This document shows, in pieces, positions 16,997 to 26,592 of a stretch of DNA of 32,000 nt. Both the position numbers and the translations under genes were made by a program. Source of the DNA: Sinorhizobium meliloti (GTDB lineage: Bacteria; Pseudomonadota; Alphaproteobacteria; Rhizobiales; Rhizobiaceae); NCBI RefSeq assembly GCF_017876815.1, contig NZ_JAGIOS010000001.1, positions 1,830,001-1,862,000 on the forward strand, in the 5' to 3' direction. Under the pieces are notes generated by a model. The model ran no database searches, had not been told where the DNA came from, and was given only the letters and a program-made list of their open reading frames with translations. The stretch's first letter is position 1. Each line of letters opens with the position of its first letter.

Positions 16997-17066
16997 ATTC
17001 CATCCTCACGAACGGATGGCTAAGTTCTGCCGGTCGAACCGGGATTCGGAAACGGGAGGAGCGAGC

Positions 17067-18190
17067 TTGAAGACGCCTGCGGCGGTGCTGAGGAAGTCAC
17101 CGGTCGAGAGACCCTATGCCCATACGAGACCGCTCTCGATCGAAACGATCGATCTCGCCCCGCCGGGACCGGACGAGTTGCTCGTCAAGATCGGTGCGGC
17201 CGGGCTTTGCCACTCGGACCTGTCGGTCATAAACGGCGACCGGCCGCGGCCGGTGCCGATGGCGCTCGGTCACGAAGCCGCCGGAACGGTGGAGGCGGTC
17301 GGGAGCGGCGTGCGCGACATCTCCCCGGGAGACCGGGTGGTGATGAGCTTCATGCCGAGCTGCGGCCATTGCCTTCCCTGCGCTGAAGGCCGGCCGGCAC
17401 TGTGCGTACCGGGAGCGGAAGCGAACGGCAAGGGTACGCTGCTTTCCGGCGAGCGCAGGCTCTCTTGCGGGGAAGTCCCGTCAATCACCATCTCGGCGTC
17501 TCCGGATTCGCCGATTATGCGGTGGTTTCCCGCCACTCCGCGGTCAGGATCGAGGCGGATCTGCCGATGGTGGAGGCGGCTCTGTTCGGCTGTGCGGTGC
17601 TGACCGGCGTCGGTGCGGTCGTCAATACGTGCCGGGTGCGGCCGGGTGAATCCATTGCCGTGGTCGGGTTGGGCGGGGTCGGGCTGGCAGCCCTTCTCGG
17701 GGCCATCGCCGCCGGCGCCGAGCGTATCGTCGCCATCGATCTCGCGGAGGACAAGCTGAAGCTCGCCCGCGCGCTCGGTGCGACCGACACCTTCCTCGCA
17801 GCCGATCCGGATGCGGCCGAGAATATCCGCCAGGCGACCCGCGGCGGCGTCGATCACGCGATCGAGGCGGCGGGCTCCGTCAGGGCCTTCGACCTTGCCT
17901 ATCGCATCACGCGGCGAGGCGGGCTCACGGTTTCCGCGGGCCTTGCCCATCCATCGAGCCAGATCTCCATCCCCGCGGTGAGCCTCGTGGCCGAAGAGCG
18001 CAGCGTGCGCGGCAGTTACATGGGAAGCTGCGTTCCGGCTCGGGACATACCGCGCTTCATCGCCCTCTACGAGCGCGGCAGGCTCCCGGTCGACCGGCTG
18101 CTGTCGAGCACCGGGCCGCTGGAAGAAATCAACGAGGCCTTCGACCTTCTCGATCAGGGCCGCGTGATCCGCCACGTGATCACCTTCTGA
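17067..18190 (+). pseudogene. Zn-dependent alcohol dehydrogenase (MDR superfamily) interrupted by a frameshift near 17477-17479
   Basis: TTG 17067 lies 5 nt after GGGAGGAG. The N-terminal part is in frame 3 (KTPAAVLR..., GLCHSDLSV, GHEAAGTVEAVG, CGHCLPC, ...GERRLSCGEV). The family continuation VNHHLGVSGFADYAVV..., VVGLGGVGLAALLGA, ...IRHVITF is in frame 2. The two ORFs, 17016-17603 and 17402-18190, overlap. Confidence 0.8.
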
Positions 18191-18206
18191 CGGCTCACAT
18201 GAGCGA

Positions 18207-19283
18207 TCAATTGCGGCTTTCCGGCCATCCTTTCCAATCGACCCACCGGCCGTGGAAATCCGCACGGCCGACGGCATGCGTCTCGCCGGCAGGCCATATC
18301 TGAAGCGATAGGGCTGCTCCGGGTGTCTGTCCGTCCGCCTCCATTTGCAGCCGGGCAAGCGGCGCCTCCTGCGTCGCCGCCGCGCCGGCGGCAGCAATCA
18401 AGGCGTCTCCTTCTTTCCGGGCGGCTTCCGGCAGATACTGCCAGGCAATCGAATGGTAGACGACGTGGGCAGCGCCCGGATAGATGCGCGCCAGCCGCGT
18501 TTTCAGCCAGTCGATGGCATCCGCCCGTTCAACCGGATTGCTCCGTGATGCGGCAATTTTCAGCGCTTGCCTGGTGCGATCGATCCGATCCTGCTGGTCT
18601 GCCCAGATGTAGGAGAGAAGCCGCAGCCGATCGCCGCCGTCCGCCGGATTGAGCGGATGGAGGTCGCAGCCGGCTCGGTCGATGATTTCGACGGGCCGGG
18701 GGGGAGGAGGCCCGCCAGCCCATTCAGGGGCAATGACCACAGCAGCGGCTTCATCGCCCCAGCGGCCACTTGCCAGATCGTAACGATAACGGTCCCAGTG
18801 CAGGTTCAAACCGGCGCTGGCGCCGATCTCCGAGATGACAAGCGGCTTCCCGAAAAGCTGCGCTACCGTAAGGAATCCGGGAAGCAGGGCGCCGGAGCGC
18901 CGCACTTCGTTCGTCTGCGGCGCTGAGGTGAGCCGGTCGAGGAGGAAGCGGGATTCCTGCCGGATGGCCTGATCGATCGCCCGCCAGAGGGTTTCGTCAT
19001 CGGCGGAGTTCGGCGGGTAACTTGCTCCGAGGCTTTCGCTGCGGCCCGAGAGAACCAGGGCATGCAGGGCGCCGGCAAGGCGAAGGGCGACAGAATCGCC
19101 CTTGGAGGTCGGATCGCCGCGCCAGCCGAGAATCCGCTCCCCGACCGCCGAGCTCGCATCCAGCCGGTCGGCCACCAGACGGCAGAGCCGGGCGGTAAAA
19201 GGCGAACCCAGTTCGTCGCAGGACTTCGCCTGACCGCGGAAGGCGTTGCGTACGCACGTCTCGCCCGCCACCGCTTCAGACAT
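18207..19283 (-). CDS. DUF2332-family protein (function unknown)
   Basis: 358-aa ORF. The N-terminus FRGQAKSCDELGSPFTARLCRLVADRL matches my recollection of DUF2332. Its start overlaps the stop of the upstream MaoC gene by 8 nt. Confidence 0.6.
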   Translation of the reverse strand: MSEAVAGETCVRNAFRGQAKSCDELGSPFTARLCRLVADRLDASSAVGERILGWRGDPTSKGDSVALRLAGALHALVLSGRSESLGASYPPNSADDETLWRAIDQAIRQESRFLLDRLTSAPQTNEVRRSGALLPGFLTVAQLFGKPLVISEIGASAGLNLHWDRYRYDLASGRWGDEAAAVVIAPEWAGGPPPPRPVEIIDRAGCDLHPLNPADGGDRLRLLSYIWADQQDRIDRTRQALKIAASRSNPVERADAIDWLKTRLARIYPGAAHVVYHSIAWQYLPEAARKEGDALIAAAGAAATQEAPLARLQMEADGQTPGAALSLQIWPAGETHAVGRADFHGRWVDWKGWPESRN

Positions 19284-19764
19284 CGGCCGGACGGTCCTTC
19301 GGGTCGAACTGGATGATCGTCTGCCAGGTGGCGGTCAAGGCCGGTTTTCTTTCGCCCTCGATTTCGACCGTGACGTCATAGGTGATCATCAGCATTCCGG
19401 CCCCGCGGAAGCGTGCATCTGCCATGGTGAAGCGGCCGCGCACGCGCGCGCCGCTCTTGACCGGCGCCACGAAGCGCACCTTCTCGAATCCGTAATTGAT
19501 GCCCATCGTCTGCTCGCGGATCTTGGGCAGGCAATTGTAGTTCATCGCCGAAAGCAGCGACAGCGAGAGGAAACCATGCGCAATGGTGCCGCCGAAAGGC
19601 GTCTCCGCCGCGGCGCGCACCGGGTCGGTATGGATGAACTGGAAGTCACTCGTCGCCTCGGCAAAACGATCGATCGTCTGCTGCGTCACGGTGATCCAGT
19701 CGGAGACGCCGAGCTCCTTGCCGATCAGATCCTTGATATCGGAAAGTGAAATATCCTGCGGCAT
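19276..19764 (-). CDS. MaoC-like (R)-specific enoyl-CoA hydratase/dehydratase, hot-dog fold
   Basis: ATG 19764 lies 6 nt after AGGAA. Motifs DRFAEATSDFQFIHTDPVRAAAETPFGGTIAHGFLSLSLL. The longest ORF start at 19815 adds 17 residues with no ribosome-binding site. Confidence 0.8.
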   Translation of the reverse strand: MPQDISLSDIKDLIGKELGVSDWITVTQQTIDRFAEATSDFQFIHTDPVRAAAETPFGGTIAHGFLSLSLLSAMNYNCLPKIREQTMGINYGFEKVRFVAPVKSGARVRGRFTMADARFRGAGMLMITYDVTVEIEGERKPALTATWQTIIQFDPKDRPADV

Positions 19765-19796
19765 ATGATTTTCCTGAAATGGGCCTCCCCGCTGAT

Positions 19797-19826
19797 CTAT
19801 AGGCCGGCTCGGCAAGGTCTAGCAAG
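19797..19826 (-). promoter_or_regulatory. Candidate sigma-70 promoter for the MaoC-DUF2332 pair
   Basis: Minus strand reads CTTGCT (19826-19821), an 18-nt spacer, then CTATAG (19802-19797). This is close to the rhizobial CTTGAC-N17-CTATAT consensus and lies about 30 nt upstream of the ATG. Confidence 0.4.
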
Positions 19827-19842
19827 TGGTCCTAAGTCTTGA

Positions 19843-19879
19843 GATGGTTTCACTGTTTTCATGAAACAGCGAAACCATC
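19843..19879. other. Long stem-loop between the glgX stop and the MaoC promoter
   Basis: GATGGTTTCACTGTTT-TCATG-AAACAGCGAAACCATC forms a 16-bp stem with a single A/C mismatch. There is no U-tract on either strand. Confidence 0.6.
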
Positions 19880-19916
19880 CAACTCTATGGAACTGGGCAC
19901 TTCCGGACAGAAACCG

Positions 19917-21905
19917 TTAGATGCGTTTCCTGGAAATGCTCTCGAAAACCTCGACGAGAAAGGTGACCGAACGGGCCGGTGCGAAGGATGGAACGGTAAG
20001 GTCCGAGAGTGCGTCGCGCCATTCGGCCTCGAGGCTCAAAGGCAGGCGGAACGGGTGCGGAGCGTGGCTGCGGTTGATGACCACCGCAAGTCGGGTCGGG
20101 CGCTTCTGACGGCGATCTTCGGTCGCGAGCATCACGACGAGATTGTCGGTTGCTGGGTGCTCCCAATCCTCCACCGTCAGCGGCTCCCCGTCGAGGCGCA
20201 GCCAGGCGACGTCGCCGTTGCCCGTGAAGAAACCGGTGTCGCCGAAGACCGAGAAGCGCCGGCGCATGGCGGAAAGCCTGGCGGTGTGCTCGACGAGCTT
20301 ACCGTCGAGTTTGCTCCAGTCGAGCCAGGTCACGGCATTGTCCTGCGCATAGGCATTGTTGTTGCCGCCCTGGCTGCGCCCGCCCTCGTCGCCGGCCGTC
20401 AGCATGATTGCGCCGCGCGAGGTAAAGAGCGTGCCGAGGAGCGCCATGACGTCGCGTTGCCGGAAGGCGGCGATCTCCGGATCTCCGGTCGCGCCCTCGG
20501 CGCCGTTGTTCCAGGAAAAGTTCTCGTCGTGGCCGTCACGATTGCCTTCGCCGTTCGCCTCATTGTGCTTGCGGGCGTAGGAAACGAGATCCATCAGCGT
20601 GAAGCCGTCATGGGCGGCGATGAAGTTGACGCTGCGCGTGGCCGTCTCGCCCCAGCGGGAAAAGCTGTCCGAGGAGCCGGCAAGCGCGGTCGCAAGGACG
20701 CCGATCGCGTGCCGGTCGCCGCGCCAGTAGCGGCGGATGTCGTCGCGGGCCCGGTCGTTCCATTCGAGGAAGGAATGAGGGAAATTGCCGAGCTGGTAGC
20801 CGCCGGGGCCGGTGTCCCAGGGCTCGGCGATGAGCACGCGGCCGCAAAGGATGGGGTCGGCGGAGATGGCCGAGAAAAGCGCGGCATCGCGGCGGAAGCC
20901 GCCCATGTCGCGGCCGAGGATCGATGCGAGGTCGAAGCGGAAGCCGTCGACGCCGGCAGCAAGAACGAAATGGCGCAGGCTGTCGAGGATCAGACGCTGG
21001 ACGACAGGATGGTCGCAGGCGATCGTGTTGCCGCAGCCGGTGTCGTTGATGAGCTCGCCCGGGCGGCCCGCCGCGTGGCGATAATAGGTCAGGTTGTCGA
21101 GCCCGCGCATCGAAAGCGTTGCACCGAAGCGGTCGCTCTCCCCGGAGTGGTTGAAAACGAGATCGAGGACGACGCCGATACCGGCCTGGTGCAGGACCTC
21201 CACGGTCCTGCGCAGTTCCTCGATGCCGCCGGGCACCAGGCGTGGATCGAGCGCCATAGGCGCGATCGGATTGTAACCCCAGCCGTTGTGGAGACCGAGC
21301 GGAGGCAAGTGCCGCTCATCGATCCAGGCCACGACCGGCATGAGTTCGACCGCGGAAACGCCGAGGCTTGTGAGGTGATCGATGATGACGGGTTCGGCGA
21401 GAGCAGCCACCGTGCCACGCTTCCTTTCGGGCACGCCCGGATGAAGGATGGTGAACGGCTTGACTGCAATCTCGTAGATCAGCCCCCCGGCCTGAAATAG
21501 CGGCGGCCTCGGCTCTAGCGGTTTCACCTCGGTCAGGATGGCCTTCGGCACGAGGTCCGCCGTCTCCTCGCCGAAGACCGTCAGCCGCTGGTCGTGACGA
21601 AAGGGCCGGTCGAGTTGCGCCGCATAAGGGTCGACCAGAAGTTTCGACGGATCGAACCAAAGCCCGTGGTCCGGCGAGTAGACCCCCTCGGCGCGCAAGC
21701 CGTAGCGGGTGCCGGCAGCTATGTCGGGCAGCGCGATGCTGTGGACATCGCCGTCGCGCTGCATCGGCAGGCGGCTGAGTTCGGTGTTGCCCGCTTCGTC
21801 GAACAGGCAGAGATCGATGCGGGCGGCATTGTGCGACCAGACCGTAAAGCGCGTCCCGTCGGGTGTGCGCGTCACGCCGAGAGGTGGAATTCCGGTCGTC
21901 GGCAT
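19917..21905 (-). CDS. glgX: Glycogen debranching enzyme (isoamylase type, GH13)
   Basis: 662-aa ORF. N-terminus GVTRTPDGTRFTVWSHNA. GH13 regions VVLDLVFNHS, GFRFDLASILGR and AEPWD. Last gene of the glg cluster. Confidence 0.95.
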   Translation of the reverse strand: MPTTGIPPLGVTRTPDGTRFTVWSHNAARIDLCLFDEAGNTELSRLPMQRDGDVHSIALPDIAAGTRYGLRAEGVYSPDHGLWFDPSKLLVDPYAAQLDRPFRHDQRLTVFGEETADLVPKAILTEVKPLEPRPPLFQAGGLIYEIAVKPFTILHPGVPERKRGTVAALAEPVIIDHLTSLGVSAVELMPVVAWIDERHLPPLGLHNGWGYNPIAPMALDPRLVPGGIEELRRTVEVLHQAGIGVVLDLVFNHSGESDRFGATLSMRGLDNLTYYRHAAGRPGELINDTGCGNTIACDHPVVQRLILDSLRHFVLAAGVDGFRFDLASILGRDMGGFRRDAALFSAISADPILCGRVLIAEPWDTGPGGYQLGNFPHSFLEWNDRARDDIRRYWRGDRHAIGVLATALAGSSDSFSRWGETATRSVNFIAAHDGFTLMDLVSYARKHNEANGEGNRDGHDENFSWNNGAEGATGDPEIAAFRQRDVMALLGTLFTSRGAIMLTAGDEGGRSQGGNNNAYAQDNAVTWLDWSKLDGKLVEHTARLSAMRRRFSVFGDTGFFTGNGDVAWLRLDGEPLTVEDWEHPATDNLVVMLATEDRRQKRPTRLAVVINRSHAPHPFRLPLSLEAEWRDALSDLTVPSFAPARSVTFLVEVFESISRKRI

Positions 21906-21946
21906 GGGGGTGCTTCCCTTCTTGACACTGAGTTGAAGACAGTGGC

Positions 21947-22125
21947 CCGCTTACCCCCTCTGGCCTGCCGGCCATCTCCCCCACAAGGGGGAGAATACAC
22001 GCGGCTGCCTCGCGCTCGACAGACAGGTCGCTGAAGGCGGAATGCTTGGTCAGAGCGAGAAGCGTGCCGCATCCTTTCTCCCCCTTGTGGGGGAGATGGC
22101 CGGCAGGCCAGAGGGGGTAAAGCGG
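21947..22125. repeat. Composite palindromic intergenic element (REP/RIME/MITE-like), copy C, inside the glg operon
   Basis: Arms 21947-21995 and 22076-22125 are reverse complements apart from one single-base indel. Each arm contains TCTCCCCC-ACAA-GGGGGAGA. The spacer is 80 nt and partly self-complementary. Shares the GGCCTGCCGGCCA core with the left arm of copy B. Confidence 0.85.
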
Positions 22126-22134
22126 CGTGCACCC

Positions 22135-25210
<3,076 letters not shown>

Positions 25211-25216
25211 ACTCGG

Positions 25217-26479
25217 CTACATTCCCAGCTTGTCGATCATCGTTTGCGTGATCAGGCAAACGCCGCTCTCCGTGCGGCGGAAGCGTTTCGCGTCGAGCTC
25301 CGGATCGTCACCGACGACCAGGCCCTCCGGAATGACGACGCGGCTGTCGATGACGACATTGCGCAGAATCGAATGCCGCCCGATCGTCACGTCGGGGAGA
25401 ACTACGGCATTTTCGAGTCTGGAGTATGAATTCACCCGGACCCCGGTGAAGAGCAGGCTCCTGTTGAGCGCGGCACCCGAGATGATGCAATCGCCCGAGA
25501 CGAGCGAGGACGTGGCCGAGCCGCGGCGGTTCTCGTCGTCATGGACGAATTTGGCCGGCGGCTTGATTTCAGAGAAGGTCCAGATCGGCCAGGTGCTGTC
25601 GTAGATGTCGAGCTCGGGCGTGATATGGGTGAGATCGATATTGGCCTGCCAGTAGGCGTCGATGGTGCCGACGTCGCGCCAATAGGCCTCGCGCTCGAAG
25701 TCGGACCGGACGCAGGAATGGGTGAAGCGGTGGGCCACCGCTTTGCCGTGTTCGACGATATAGGGAATGATGTCCTTGCCGAAGTCGCGGCTCGATTTGG
25801 GATCAGCGGCATCCCGACGCAACATGTCCATCAGGAATTTCGTGTGGAACACGTAGATGCCCATGGACGCGAGTGCCATGTCCGGATTGCCGGGGATGCC
25901 CGGCGGATCCGCCGGCTTTTCGACGAAGGCGATGATGCGGTCCGCGTTGTCCACATGCATGACGCCGAAGCCCGTCGCCTCCATGCGCGGCACTTCCAGG
26001 CAGCCGACGGTTACGTCGGCGCCCGAATCGACGTGCTGCTGCAGCATCAGTTCGTAGTCCATCTTGTAGACGTGATCGCCGGCGAGAATCACCATGTATT
26101 CGACGCCATGGTCCTCGATGATATCGATGTTCTGATAGACCGCGTCGGCGGTGCCCTCGTACCACTGCGTTTCGGAAACGCGCTGGCTCGCCGGCAGGAT
26201 ATCGAAGCTCTCGTTACGCTCCGGCCGGAAGAAGTTCCAGCCGCGCTGGAGATGCCGGATCAGCGAGTGGGCCTTGTACTGCGTGGCGACGCCGATTCGA
26301 CGGATGCCGGAATTCAGCGCATTGGAAAGCGCGAAATCGATGATCCGCGCCTTTCCGCCGAAGTAGACGGCAGGTTTCGCACGCCGGTCGGTGAGTTCCT
26401 TGAGCCGGCTGCCGCGGCCGCCGGCGAGCACATAGGCCATGGCATCACGGGCCAGGGGTTGCGTACGTTTTTCCACCAT
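25217..26479 (-). CDS. glgC: Glucose-1-phosphate adenylyltransferase
   Basis: 420-aa [42 protein letters not shown] is the signature N-terminus. GGGGAGGA lies immediately upstream. Confidence 0.95.
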   Translation of the reverse strand: MVEKRTQPLARDAMAYVLAGGRGSRLKELTDRRAKPAVYFGGKARIIDFALSNALNSGIRRIGVATQYKAHSLIRHLQRGWNFFRPERNESFDILPASQRVSETQWYEGTADAVYQNIDIIEDHGVEYMVILAGDHVYKMDYELMLQQHVDSGADVTVGCLEVPRMEATGFGVMHVDNADRIIAFVEKPADPPGIPGNPDMALASMGIYVFHTKFLMDMLRRDAADPKSSRDFGKDIIPYIVEHGKAVAHRFTHSCVRSDFEREAYWRDVGTIDAYWQANIDLTHITPELDIYDSTWPIWTFSEIKPPAKFVHDDENRRGSATSSLVSGDCIISGAALNRSLLFTGVRVNSYSRLENAVVLPDVTIGRHSILRNVVIDSRVVIPEGLVVGDDPELDAKRFRRTESGVCLITQTMIDKLGM

Positions 26480-26592
26480 TTATCCTCCCCAAAATCATTT
26501 CGGGGGACTGCTTGGCGCCTCTTCGGCGCCTCGAGCCCAAACGATTTCCTCCTGTTCCGCCCGTCGAGCCAGTCCCCGTCGGGCGGGACGCT

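Noticed and set aside
17463-17485. Programmed -1 ribosomal frameshift as the explanation for the split ADH
   Set aside because: There is no X-XXY-YYZ slippery heptamer in the zero frame (the codons read TGC GGG GAA GTC CCG). There is no obvious downstream pseudoknot or hairpin at the right spacing, and MDR dehydrogenases are not known to use recoding. A homopolymer indel is the simpler explanation.
7696-22125. CRISPR-like interpretation of the recurring palindromic repeats
   Set aside because: The copies occur as isolated inverted pairs at three separate loci 5-9 kb apart, not as a direct-repeat/spacer array. No cas genes are present.
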